Shown: in pieces, positions 25,602 through 39,166 of the stretch
How the letters are laid out: each line of letters opens with the position of its first letter
Position numbering within the stretch: the first letter of the stretch is position 1
NCBI RefSeq assembly: GCF_006345805.1
Contig: NC_043007.1
Location: 59,458,001-59,522,000 of the forward strand
From: Octopus sinensis
Taxonomy: Eukaryota
Reading direction: 5' to 3'
Length of the DNA stretch: 64,000 nucleotides
Notes under the pieces: model-generated
Told to the model about the DNA's origin: nothing
The model's database searches: none
What the model saw: only the letters and a program-made list of their open reading frames with translations
Position numbers and translations under genes: made by a program

Positions 25602-25951
25602 ATTTTTTGCGTAATAAGATAAAAAAACCCAAGGCTGTATAGATATTAGAGCATTTATAGATAGAAGGTCTTACAGCTATTTCTAGGATATTAATTAATA
25701 ATATCCCTTCATCGGAGACGGTGTGAGAGGAAAAATTAAGTCATAGTTAGTTTCGATGTGATACAAATCTCCACCTCAACTCTCTATTTGTATCACATCG
25801 AAACTAACAATGACTTAATTTTTCCTCTCACGCCGTCTCCGATGAAGGGATATTATTAATTAATATCCTAGAAACAGCTGTAAGAGCTTCTATCTAGAAA
25901 TGCTCTAATATCTATACAGCCTTGGTTTTTTTAATCTCATTACGCAAAAAA
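25602..25951. repeat. Near-perfect palindrome (~165-bp arms, 17-nt loop), each arm carrying a minimal hammerhead-like motif
   Basis: The arms meet at the loop 25769-25785. Plus strand: CCGATGA (25839-25845), GGGATATTA/TAATATCCT, GAAAC-AGCT-GTA (25871-25882). A mirror copy lies on the minus strand. Confidence 0.85.
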
Positions 25952-26106
25952 TAAAACAAATTAAAAGGATGGCTTATTAGCAATTTGAACCTAAAGGCAA
26001 AATTAATAGAAGTCACAAAAGTGACAGAGGGTACTGACTAGCACCGATTTGGCTAAAAATAAGAGTTAAAACAACTCGACCAAAAGCTCGAATGTTATGA
26101 CTAGTA

Positions 26107-26650
26107 TTGGGTTGCCCGGAAAATTCGTGCCGATTTTTAAAGGAAAGAAAAAGGTCAATAAATACTTGCCATTACCCAAGCTTTACCAGGTGCTCATGAA
26201 CGACGGATTTTGATAGGTTGGTTCTTTCTGCCAATTCTCGGGTTGTGCAATGTGGGTTATTCTCAATTAATGACTTGGTTCGGTCATCATCTGTAGTGGA
26301 TGGCCTGCCTGATCGTTCTTTATCAGTAAGGCTACAATCTCCAGCTCGGAACCTTGCGAACTCTTTCCATATAGTTATTTCGGATAAAGAAACATCACCG
26401 TAAACTGTGCATATTTCTTTGGGCACTTTTACTTGTGAGGCATTTTCCCCTTTACAGAAAAGAAAACCATCATGTGCCGAAAATGAACTTTTTTATCTTC
26501 CATTTTAAAGGGTTACAGAATTAACACAGGTTAAAGGAACATAAACCTTCTTCCACGAAAAGATAGCTTAAACTGTACTCTAAATGGAGGTGTAGTCAAA
26601 TCCTATTTTATGGACTCAAACATGTTCTAAAATAAGTCGAAAGGTAAGCG
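26107..26650 (-). mobile_element. Internally deleted mariner element
   Basis: MEDKKVHFRH...ICTVYG...RFRAGDCSLTDKERSGRP...TTRELAE is fused directly to the ORF end (aatggcaagtatttattgac) and the TIR aaaatcggcacgaattttccgggcaacccaa followed by TA. The catalytic domain is absent. Confidence 0.88.
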
Positions 26651-28153
26651 ATATATTTATTCCGATAATACGACGAGCATTCAACTGGCTACTTTTAGAA
26701 GAAAGAAAAAGCGATTAAATTTTGAAACAGTTGAACTTAAAAATTATAGTAAAAACTAATTTAAATGATTACATTTTTAGATATTGTTTTAGATCTAGAA
26801 TCAAGCAGATGGAGTCCTGTTTGGAAGATGATCTATTTCTAACATTTTTCCCAATGACAGATCACTTAATCGCTTTGCGGTTATACAATAATGCCTCAAA
26901 AGACAATGGGTTTAATGTTATTGTGTATTATTTAACGAAAAATCCGACTTCAATGAAGCTACAATATATATATATATATATATAAATTTCAGGTGGGTTT
27001 TGGTGGAACACGTAAAAATACGAATTGTTTTATAAAGAAATGCTTAATTTTGATATAGCCTTTATCCATACGATAGTGAAAATATCTGAGCTGGTAAACG
27101 ACCATCACCATAAAAATACATTCTTATTTGGGAATTGCTTGGGTTGCAATGGTTAAACAAATCTTCATACTACATCCTTTCAAGAAACGAATGACAAGAA
27201 TGACAAGACGTTATATTTCTTTATATTTCTTAAATTTCATATTTGTCATACACACGCACGCAAACCTACATACACACTCGCGCGGCCGCACATACACAAG
27301 ACATGATTTCCTTATATGTTTACTTATATAACTGTCTGTATACAAAGAGACACTCACATACGTAGATACGCATACGTACATACACATATTCGTATTTAGT
27401 GATAACAAGGTAATTCATGTCCAAGGCCTGATAGTGACGGTGGGGTCATAACTATTTTCTCTCGTACAAAAGTATGAGGGAATTAAGCAGTACTTTGTTT
27501 CAGATGTGTACGCCTGTTTGTCGTTATGTTGTATCGTGAATAATTGATAGGATTTTTACTTTTTCTCTATTGTTCAGTATGCCATCATGATTTTTGTTTG
27601 TATTTTGATAGGACACTAATATAGGTTTCTTGGCCTTATACTCTTACCAGCGTACCTCTATTTTCATCACTAAGCTGCGGGTGGTTTCTTCTTTATAAAT
27701 CAAGGTTGAGTTCTTGTAGTTGTCTTCCATAGGCTCCACACGTCATTTCTAGTTTTACAATATACCCCGGGATTCCTTTTGCATTTTATAAAATAGTCCT
27801 TGGTACAGGTGGTCCTATCAAAAGGAAATGTTCTACTTACTCTGATTTATTGTTGTCCACTAATCAAAATCTTTTGTTGGATTTTATCCACTGAGTACTT
27901 TCTATGATATTGAACGGTGGTGCCCCAGCATGATCACAGTTTTAAAACTGAAACACTTTAACTAATTAAAGAATTAAAAGTTTCCACTGTATTCTGACAT
28001 TTCAAATTTTATGTTCCATTTTTCATATCCTTTGAATTTCAGCAATGAAAAACTCAGATTAACAGCTTGTGAAATTTCAGCTTCCAATAACTTATATAAC
28101 TCTATCTCATGACTTGAACATTCTTTTCGCCGTTTTGTTTACACGAATTTTTG

Positions 28154-28494
<341 letters not shown>

Positions 28495-28584
28495 CTTAAT
28501 TTATTACCCGTCAGTCAGTCAGTGTTCATTAGTCTGTATCTGTCTATCACTCTCCATCCTCTCTCTCTGTATATATGAATGAGT

Positions 28585-28951
28585 GGAAGCACAATGGCCC
28601 AGTGGACTCGCGGTCATGGGATCGCGGTTTCGATTACCAGACCGGGCGCTCTGAGTGTTTATTGATTGAAAACACCTAAAGCTCTACGAGGCTCCGGCAG
28701 GGGGTGGTGGTGAACCCTGCTATACTCTTTCACCACAGCTTTCTCTCACTCTTTCTTCCTGCTTCTGTTGTGCCAGTATTTCAAAGGGCCAGCCTTGTCA
28801 CACACACTGTGTCACGCTGAATCTCCCCGAGAACTACGTTATGGGTACATGTGTCTATGGAGTGCTCAGCGACTTGCACGTTAATTTCACGAGCAGGCTG
28901 TTCCGTTGATCGGATCAACTGGAACCCTCGTCGTTGTAGCCGACGGAGTGC
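28585..28951 (+). mobile_element. SINE, family B, with (ATGT)n tail
   Basis: Homologous to 8721-9072 and followed by (ATGT)n to ~29055. Confidence 0.85.
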
Positions 28952-29744
28952 CACTAATGTATGTATGTATGTATGTATGTATGTATGTATGTATGTATGT
29001 ATGTATGTATGTATGTATGTATGTATGTATGTGTATGTATGTATGTATGTATGTATACACACACGTACACACATGCTTATATTTGGTGAATGCAAAATCA
29101 CTAACGTGTTCTATTGTGAATGCCGGTATTTCTACTTCAATTTTCAGTGGAACTCTAATTTTATACTGATTGACCCCTGTGTTGAAATACATTTTTACAA
29201 TTTTTATACTGGCCGAGGTTTCATTGGAGTAATGATTTACTGTTGATAATGTGGTTTAGACCTGTCTGTTAGCTGTTATTTTACACATATAACTTGCTTT
29301 AAGAGAAAGTATAGTTGTAATGTTTTTATGATACTGCTTACATTTTCTACTCACGATTTATGTAACCATGACGTTACCGTTAATTATACTCGTTATTTCA
29401 TTTAGTTGCTTCATTATTCATTTCCGTTTTTATTCTTATATTTATTCTTATCTTTTATCTTTTTCGTCATTAATTAAATAATTTTAATTTAATTTGTTTT
29501 ATTTTATTATGTTAGTCATTCTACACATCATTCTTGTAATCTCGTCATTCTTTTCTCGTATTTCTTAAAAAAAAAAAATACCGTTGTGATTCATTTTTGG
29601 TCAAACAGAAATCTTAATGTTGAATGTTTTGAAAATTTTTGTAGCAAGTGACATTGCCATTCGGTTTTAACAGTTGCTTGAGGGTCAGGAGTGAATATTT
29701 TTTCATCCAGCTTTTCAATTCAAGTTAATAGCCCTATTAATTCA

Positions 29745-30285
29745 TAAGTGCAGACATCAAGATCAGGAAGACACAAGCATGGAAAACCTGTCACAAACTA
29801 AAGAAGGTCTGGAACTCCAAATTGCCTAGGCAAATCAAAGTCAAGCTGTTCATTGTAACTGTCGAATCAGTGCTATTATTGTATGGCAGTGAAACATGGA
29901 TACTGACAAAGAAATTATCGAGCGGGCTAAATGAATGCTTCGTGAGGATGCTCCGAATGGCCCTAAATTTGAAATGGCAGCAACATATAACAAATGAATG
30001 CCTTTATAGAGGCCTGCCGGAAGTTAGTGTGAAGATCAGGCAAAAATGATTGCATCTATCTGGTCACAGCTCTGATCTGCAAGCATGCAAATTAGTCTTG
30101 TGGAACTTATTCCATTGTGATGTAAGAAGAGGAAAACGTCGTCACACTTACATCGACAACTTGATCGCAGACGCTGGTCTAGAATGTATGCAGGACCTCG
30201 AGGCAGTGATGATGGACCGAGAAGTGTGGTGGGTAGACATTGTTGCTGCGGCCCGCGTTGGAACTCGGCCATAATAATAATAATG
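29745..30285 (+). mobile_element. 5'-truncated RTE-clade LINE (post-RT C-terminus) with (TAA)n tail
   Basis: DIKIRKTQAWKTCHKLKKVW...KVKLFIVTVESVLLLYGSETWILTK...RMLRMALN...ITNECLY / LSGH...LVLW...RRGKRRHTYIDNL...DREVW, then (TAA)4. Confidence 0.85.
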
Positions 30286-30769
30286 GATAAATATTTATCA
30301 TTATCCCAACGTTCATAATGGCAGTACCATACATCGTGAAGCTGATGAACGACAACATTTGCCCCCCCCCCTTCCAATTTTGTGATATGCAACACGTCTA
30401 CCATTCACAAAATGTCTAACATTGCTGGATGTATCTAAGCAGGTAAAGTTGAGTAATGCCAAAATATGTAAAGAAATAACTGCTGCTGGTTTGAAAAATT
30501 ATTGCTTATTAAGGGCGAGAAAGATGACTTGAAGCATACATTAACACGCATGCCCAGATATAATATTTAGAGGGTAAATGCTTTGAACATAGAAGCTTCT
30601 TTATACTGATTATAAATGTGTCTGTAATTTTCGACACCCTTAGCTATATTAGGAAATATCTAAGTGGTCACCTGGAAAAGCTAAAGTTTTCTTGAGGAAA
30701 GAAAGTGACCAGCTAATACACTATTTGTAAATACAGTTGGTAAGTGATGGTGGGTACCCGTCGTACGAT

Positions 30770-30990
30770 GATAAAAGTTCAGGTGTTCGATTAAACGAAT
30801 TACCTGCTCCTGAATTGATGGGTAAGGATTACAAGGTACAGACACATATACCCTTAACGTAACTCTCAGGCAGAATTAGCATGATACAGTGTGTGGATCA
30901 AGGCTCCAGTTTTTTATTACATGCACAATCCTCCCAACAGGCTTCTATGTAGTTTACTCAATTTCATCCACACAGTATGAGTCAACCCAG
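30770..30990 (-). mobile_element. Diverged SINE family B-like copy
   Basis: acatatacccttaacgtaactctcagg matches the family B core in reverse. A similar diverged copy lies at ~63270-63530. Confidence 0.5.
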
Positions 30991-31962
30991 GGTTATAGAA
31001 AATTTTATTTCCTCAATATGCCTAGATGGAAACGAATCCAACCTTTTGTGATTGCAGAGGGAACTTCTTAACAATTTGGCTATGCTGCACATACAGTTGA
31101 TAAACAGACTGGTAAAAATATGGCAGAATTTTATATGCTGTGACATAAAAGTTTTCCTTGTTATCCTAATTCCAGCGATATAGCTTTGCTCTATGTTCTT
31201 GCTAAAACCCATCTCCTTGTTTATAGGGAATATTCAATTAAAAACGAAGCATACCAAATATATATCGTACATGTTCATACACTCACTAATGTATTGAGTT
31301 TTGCCATTTTAAATTCACCCTCTTGCACATGGCTTCAAACATGGCGGAAAAGTCAGATAGTTTTTCTTTGGCTAGCGTAGGCAATGGAACATAATCCCTT
31401 CTCATACTAATTTCATGAGGCAATCGAGGACACATGTAGATCTACATTAAACTGGTTCTCATATTTTTCAGAAGTTTCTTCTATAATTCACGCATTGCTG
31501 AAACTTTGTATCCTAATTATATGAACACATACAGATACAAAATACAAGTCACGTATGCATAAGAATTTACACACACACACACACACCACACACACACACG
31601 CGCGCGCGCGCGCGCACACACACACTCACACACACACACACACATATATATATACATATATTACATATAAGCATACAAACACACAATATCAATAACCCTA
31701 TATAATAGAATATAGATGTCATCTTTTATCACCACCCCTCTCTCCCTGCCTTTATAAACATATAAGCGCGCATATACATCGGCATATATATATATATATA
31801 TATTCATCACTCTGTACATAAACACACGTGGGCGTAAAGAATAAATTAAAAAAAGCAAAATAAAATAAGAACAAAAAACAAATTGAATAATAGCAAAGTT
31901 TGAGATAAGAGAACCGAGTAATATTATAGTAACAACACAATATTAACATTGAGAGTGAGACT

Positions 31963-32008
<46 letters not shown>

Positions 32009-32171
32009 AGAGACTGAGAGAAGGAGAGAAAGAGAGAAGAAGGGATGGCGAGAAAGAATGAAGAAAAAAGAACAAATTAAATATGAAAAAATGGAGTCCA
32101 CACCTGGATGAGAAGCTAGCTAGTTTAAAGCGTGAGTATAGGTGTGTGTGCGTGCGCTTGTGCGTGCGTGC

Positions 32172-32224
<53 letters not shown>

Positions 32225-32904
32225 TGAGAGAGAGAGACTTCTTTTTTTTTTCATTATTCTATTTTGCCTTGCTACATGGTACATATAGTTTGCCTTTCTG
32301 AGAAGGTATTCAATCAAGTGTTAACCATGCACAGACAGACATATGACTGATGCCTGATCGATAATAGCTTAACGGATCGAACTTCTTCCTTCACTCAATC
32401 TCCACGCCACCCCCATCACCTCCTAATTCTAATCGGTCTAGCTTCGCATTCTACTAGTCTTATTGCTATAACGCTCTCCCACCTTACCAATGCACATGCG
32501 CGTCCGTAAAGACACACATACACGCCATCTCTCTTAAGCATATGTATAATATATTATATATATATTAAATATATATATATATATTATATATATATTAATA
32601 TATATATATATATATAGATATATATATATATGTATATGTATGTATGTATATATGTACACATGCAACAGAAATACTACTTCTCTCTTTTCACATCCACTCG
32701 TTTTAATCTCACTCTTCCTCATTCTCTCTTATTTACACTTTACTCACACTCTTCCTCTTTTACTTTGTATTCTATATTTGATACTCTTCACTTCTTTCAC
32801 TCTCTCCTTTCTTCTTTTTCTCCCTCTTTCTATATATTTTCTAAGTTTTCTTTCTTTCTTTCTTTCTTTCTTTCTTGTGTGTGTGTGTCTATCTCTTTAC
32901 CTCT

Positions 32905-32980
<76 letters not shown>

Positions 32981-34049
32981 TTATATGTATATATTAATAG
33001 TGAGAGAAAAAGAGAGATAGAGAAAGAGAGAGAGAGAGAGAGAGAGAGGAAGGGAGAAAGAAGGAGAGAAATTCTCTATTTTGCTATCTTTTTCTGTACC
33101 TCTTCCCAGTAAAATGGTAAACCACTTCCTCTACTTTCTTCTCGCTTTTATTCTTTTCTCTGTTCTTTTCCTCCATATTCTTCCGTCTCTTACTCCATCT
33201 TCCCTCTCTCTAAATGTCTCTCAGTCTCTTAACTATTTCATCTTTTCTATCTCTTACATCTTTCGTATCTTTTAGTTTTTCTCTAATATATTACTTTTTT
33301 TTCATTCTTCTCTTTCTCCTGGACTTTCCTCTTCTCTTTGTCTTTCTGTCGTTCTCTGTGTTTTATTCTTTGTCTGTCTGTTTGTCTCTTTGTCTTGCAT
33401 TTAAAAAGGTTAAACATTTATGTTTCCCACGCATTTTTGCGACAAATAGAGTCAATTGTTTGACCTTTCGTGATGAAGAGTGTCCATCAATGGGTGATCA
33501 ATCTATTGACTTTAAGGGATGTTGGAGAATAGGGATTTTGACATTTAAAATAAATCCCCACCACCAAAGAAAAACAAACAAGCAAAAAAAACAAATAAAA
33601 ATTAAACAAACAAAAACATGAACAAAGTAAATGAAATAGCTACTACCACGAATCGAAACCCGTATCGATGTTTCATTGAGAGTTTACCACCGACTACAAA
33701 ACGTTCACCGTGTTTAAAACTAGCTGATTATATATTTTATTTTGAGCCATGCAACATCCTTATATAATTTACATTTATTTTAAGTTTGTGAGAGGCTTGT
33801 AGCCTAGTTGTTAGTAGGGAGGGGCGTTTGACCTCATATCCATGAGGTCACAGGTTCAATTATCGGATCGGCTGGCTTGTTAAATCACAGAACATGGCTT
33901 TTCATTTCATTTTTAACTCTTGAAAGGTGAAATGTCTTGATAAGCAGCAATGCGAAAGTAGGAGTCTACAAATCCATGCCTTCCACTGTTGTTACATACA
34001 TATACATATGAGTATCTATCTATATGTGGGGTATAAAGTTTTCTTCCCA

Positions 34050-34320
34050 ACGACATTGTTTCAAGCTCATACCACTGCGTGTTATCTTGGAACATTTTCT
34101 TCTACTATGGTTCCGGGCCAACCAAAGCCCATATCTATGTGTGCTTGCATTTGTCTTCAACACTACTTAACAACTGGCGTTGGTTTGTTTACGTCCCCGT
34201 AACATAATGGCAAAAGAGATAAGTAGACATGAAAAAATAAGTACTAGGGTCGATTTGTTCAACTAAACACTTCGAAGTGGTGCTCCAGCATCGTTGCAGT
34301 TCAATGACCGAAGCATTAAA
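34050..34320 (+). mobile_element. SINE, family A (diverged)
   Basis: ttcttctactatggttccgggccaaccaaagcc...gtttacgtccccgtaac...gtgctccagcatcgttgcagt. Confidence 0.75.
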
Positions 34321-36989
34321 GATATTAAAGAGACTATAAAATAAGTGGAGGACTTCCAACTCGAAAAAACAACTTGCTTCTATAAAATTTCTTCGCAACA
34401 CTATCTTTCATATACACTTAGGTATATTGTTCTTGTTTAACCCCATGTCAGTCCTGACTGCGCAGATTTAAGATAAAATGCGTTATAGTTATGATCATCT
34501 CGCCTTTCTGTACACCGAAGACTGCATTGTCAAATGTGTCCTATTTTTTGTAAAAACCGTAAGCTGTAATTTGAGGGGGATTTAGCTGAAACTTTTAGCA
34601 TGCTGAACGATCATCAAGAGACTTCTTCGTTGATTCACTTTGATGTCATGTTTCCAACAGGCACGAAGCAATGCAAATGAAATGGTTTCAATTGTGATGC
34701 GAAATCGTGCCGTTTAATTGGTACACGAAACAAAGTGCTACCTTGAAGCCGTGAAGTGCTTTAGAACCATTCACTCTCATCTCTGCAGCAGGGGGCTCAC
34801 ATCTCTATCATTATTCAGAGATCAATAAAATGAGTCGATTCCATCAGCTATGTCGTTCGACCAAAATTTATGGCCTTGTAGCTAAGTCAGAAATGCTTCT
34901 CCGTGTTCTCATTATCTTTTTGTGACAGTGGTGATTGGCAGAAACGGTCGACTGGACTATTTAGTTGTGTCCATTAATGTCCGATTTCTAGTTGTTACTA
35001 TTTCACTTAGTCTGCTAATGTTGTATTATAAATAATAAATAAAACAAATCGACTTTGCCTTATTCTTATCTCGGTTGTTAAAATAATAGCAGTCAAGTAC
35101 TAGCGTCAATTAAATCGTTCCTCCTAAAAGTGTGGTGCTATGTCCTACATGAGAAATCATTAATTCTCAAAAACGAACAACGACAACAACAACAACTACA
35201 AAAACGCATATAAAAAGGAAAACAAGCAATTCTAATCTTAAAAGTAACAAAAAAAAACAACAAACAAACAAACCAAAAAACAAAAAATAAAAAACACACG
35301 CCTTTCTATGAGCTGAGCCATATGTGAATTTCGCTAAAAGGAAACGTCTCTTGTCTTTGAGAAGATATTGTCAACTCATACGATGACTAATACAATGTAA
35401 TTTGGAATTCAATGAGAGTTTGATTGATGCGAGATATTGGTTTAGTGATGAGTGACGTAAGTGAAGAAGCCGGTAATATTACTCACTAATGAATAATGTT
35501 ATATGCAAGACTTTCGTCTAACGTTAAACTCTCGGACTTGTAAACCTTCAGTACACGTTCAAATCCGTTCTGGTAAACTCGTGTTATCAATAAACTCCTT
35601 TTAGTGTTGAGGAAGTAGATTGACTGTTACTTGTGCCATGGATTCGCTAATTGTTATGTAGTCGCAAGCATAGGGCACATACACATGACCTTTGCATCCT
35701 TGACCTAACGGAACAGTTGGAGAGAGAAATCTGCACCAGTACAAACTAGTACTTGATTGAAGCTGAATAATCTGCTGGAACATAAAATACAATATTTTGC
35801 TCAAGGACGCCACGCTCCGTTCGATCTAGAAATCGAATTCACGACCTTATGGTTGTAAGATCATCAACCTAACCGCAACCGTGGCTACATAAAGTATTTA
35901 TGTAAATATAGTAACAATAGCTTTTTACATATCCTTTTGAGGTTCTGTTTACGGTTTTTGTGAGGGACTTCTCACTTCTAATACAATCTATCTCGCACGT
36001 TTTGATGCTCTAAGTTGAAATTCCGCCCGCCGGAGTCGATTTTGCCTTTCATTGTTTCGAGGCCGATAAAATAAATACTGGTTGAGTGATGAGGTCGATG
36101 TAATCGACTTTTCCCCTCCATCGAAATTGTTGGCTTTATGCAAAATTTTGAAATCAATATAAGCCATTTCTAATTTCATAAGAAGTCATGTGACATGTTC
36201 ATGGTGGAAGTTGTCTAAATTTATCTTTTGTGATTCCACTTTGTGGAAGAGGTAAGTGCCTCTTCTTTGATCAAGGGCATAGCAGCGCGTGCGCATGCGT
36301 GTGTGTGCGCGTGAAGAATAAACGCATGCAGGAAATGACAGAAACGGAAAAATACACGTTAAAAAAGGCGCTTTGATCACATAGCAGGCTTTTGGTAGAA
36401 TGAAAGCTGCGGTGGTATATAACGACCGGAAGCGGAGGCATAAACTGGGTCACAGTGAGGCTAAATTGTTAAAAAGCGATAGAGTGGGGATGAGGGAAAA
36501 TAAGTAGGGAGAGTGAGAGAGAGGGTGGGAGAAAGTAAAAGTGAGGGGAACGGAAAAATAATGAGGAGGGAGAGAAAAAAGGGAGACAACTAACGAGGGA
36601 AGAAAAATGAGAGGAGTGGTGGGGAGCTCACGGTACTGAAGTTTGCGTATGCGCGTAGATATGTAGGCTATATGTAGAGCAAAAAGAATGTGCTTCAGCA
36701 CAATGTATTTTTGTGTTGTATTTTGATATAGAGAAATATGTGAAGGGGCAGCTGGTTGAGAGTATGTTTGAAAGTTTAGGGTGAGATGGTGTGTGTATTA
36801 GTGTACGTGTGTATTTGTGCATGCGTGCACTGAAGTGGGTAGTTATGCCATGTGCCACAGCAGATTGTTGTGTTCAATCTATGTGGTTGTATCGATTCAT
36901 AGGATAGTGTATAAGGCCTGTGAGATGGGTATTTAAAAGTGTGGTGTTCTACGTTTAGGTGAATGGGAGTGGATGGAATGTAGTGTGTA

Positions 36990-37440
36990 AGATGCTGTTA
37001 CGTCATTGCGACAACAATATTCATACCTGAGGGCGGAGCACGCAAGGTGGAAGGCAAGATGTCGTCCTTTTTGGTAGCGAGAAGCAGGCGATACGTAATG
37101 TGAAATAACGTTATAGATAAAGAAATGGGAAATAGTGCGTGCTCGTGAAGTGGGGCGCAAATTGTAATGTAGAGTTGTTTACGGCCGGTCCCCCAATAAT
37201 GGGACACTACAGAGCTGATATTTAAGGCGGTCGACAACATCTTTAGTGGTGCAGGTGAAATAGCAAGTGACATGAAAATGAAGTCGGTTGAGTTCAAGAA
37301 GCATATAGTAGGGTCCAGGATGTAGGGGCACGTAGTACACCTGGGTTTGAGAGCAGGAAAGAGATCTGGGTTAGGTTCCAAATGAGTAAGAAGAGCTGCG
37401 AACTAAAACAAACTAGCAACCTGTTTGAAGCAACAGAGTT
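36990..37440 (-). mobile_element. Penelope-like element, GIY-YIG endonuclease remnant
   Basis: KPRCTTCPYI, (frameshifted) CYFTCTTKDVV...QLCS, YWGTGRK and STLRAPPSGMN correspond to the CxxC linker, the YIGETGR motif and the terminal PxGLN motif of PLE endonucleases. Confidence 0.7.
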
Positions 37441-37480
37441 GTTCAGTGAATATGGAGGTATATTTATGCATGTATACATC

Positions 37481-37511
<31 letters not shown>

Positions 37512-37587
37512 TGTATGTATGTATGTATGTATGTATGTATGCTTGCATGTATATATATATATATATGTATGTAAGTATTCTTGCATA

Positions 37588-37641
<54 letters not shown>

Positions 37642-37660
37642 GCTGTATGTATGTATGTAG

Positions 37661-37691
<31 letters not shown>

Positions 37692-37692
<1 letters not shown>

Positions 37693-38003
37693 GAGTTATC
37701 TTCGTAGTCATAAAACGAGACAGATGAGTGACAACCTGGCCACTGGTGGTGGTGTAACACACCATACTAATCATATCTGTCGGGCATGTGGAAGAGAGTG
37801 TAATTCGGCAGGAGGACTTAAACGACATGGAAAGGCACAGTTACAACTACTGCCGGCTATTACCAGTAAAGGTTTTAGTTGCCAATTTTGTACAAGACAT
37901 TGTAGATCTTTAGCTGGGCTAAAAAGTCACATTCGATCACAGCACCAGTAACAGTTAAGCTTCGTGCAATGACTATACTCGATAACGAGGGGGCAGCCAT
38001 AAT
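37692..38003 (+). mobile_element. 3' end of a probable RTE-type LINE with C-terminal C2H2 zinc fingers, embedded in (TATG)n
   Basis: SYLRSHK...ICRACGRECNSAGGLKRHGK...FSCQFCTRHCRSLAGLKSHIRSQHQ*, then a short 3' UTR (actatactcgataacgagggggcagccata). (TATG)n lies on both sides. No C2H2 TGEKP linkers. Confidence 0.65.
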
Positions 38004-38824
38004 TTATGTATGTATGTATGTATGTATGTATGTATGTATGTATGTATGTATGTATGTATGTATGTATGTACGTCTCTCTCTCCCTCTCTCTATATATGTA
38101 TGTGTGAGTATAAGTATGCAAGAATTCATACATGTATATACATATATACATTACATATATGTGCATTAATATACACACACGTACACACATACACACGCAC
38201 ACATACACACATATACGCACACAGATATATATACAAGCATATATCTGTATGTTTTATGCACGTATATAGGTATAATATATTAATGTGCGTGTATTATGTA
38301 TGAATACACATATATAATATATAAATATATATGCATATACGTGCATGAATTCCGACATGCTTAAATACAAATACACTCACATGTCTATATATGCAAAAAC
38401 GTAAACGCACACGCGCACATACACATAGATGCACACGCAAATATATAGTCAGTATTCTAATATCTTTTACATTAGCAACTAGCGTTATTTCATATTATGT
38501 AAATATGTACGTGAACATATTTTCATTGCATTTCACTTCACGTATTATTCATATTTCCATTGCAGTTTCCATGGAATTCTATTCGTAGCTCGACAATATC
38601 TGTAAAAAAAAAACAAAAACAAAAACAAAAAAAACGGAAGAAAACATTACAAACATAATGTGAAGAAACATAAAAGTTTTTGAGCGAAGTGTAGTATTTA
38701 GAAAAGGGCTTGTATGATTGTGGTAATTATATCGACGTTACTATAAAGACGGAAGTTTAATTCTTTTTTTTTCCATGTATCACAATATTTTGTTTTACTA
38801 ACTTCCACTTTGGTTTTGTAGCAC

Positions 38825-38922
<98 letters not shown>

Positions 38923-39017
38923 GGTTTAGTAAAGTACACATAGATGTGTCGTTCTATATATGCATGTACTCATCACTGAACAGAAATAACCTATATCAAA
39001 TAGAGCGTACATACGTG

Positions 39018-39057
<40 letters not shown>

Positions 39058-39166
39058 AAGTATGTTGGATTGTTGGTATGGCTTGGAATAGTATTATAAT
39101 ACATTATATATATATATTTATATAATGTATTATAATACATTATATATATATATATATATATATATA

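Noticed and set aside
27410-27830. Possible further Penelope endonuclease remnant on the minus strand
   Set aside because: Only vague motif echoes appear across several frames, which is not supportable.
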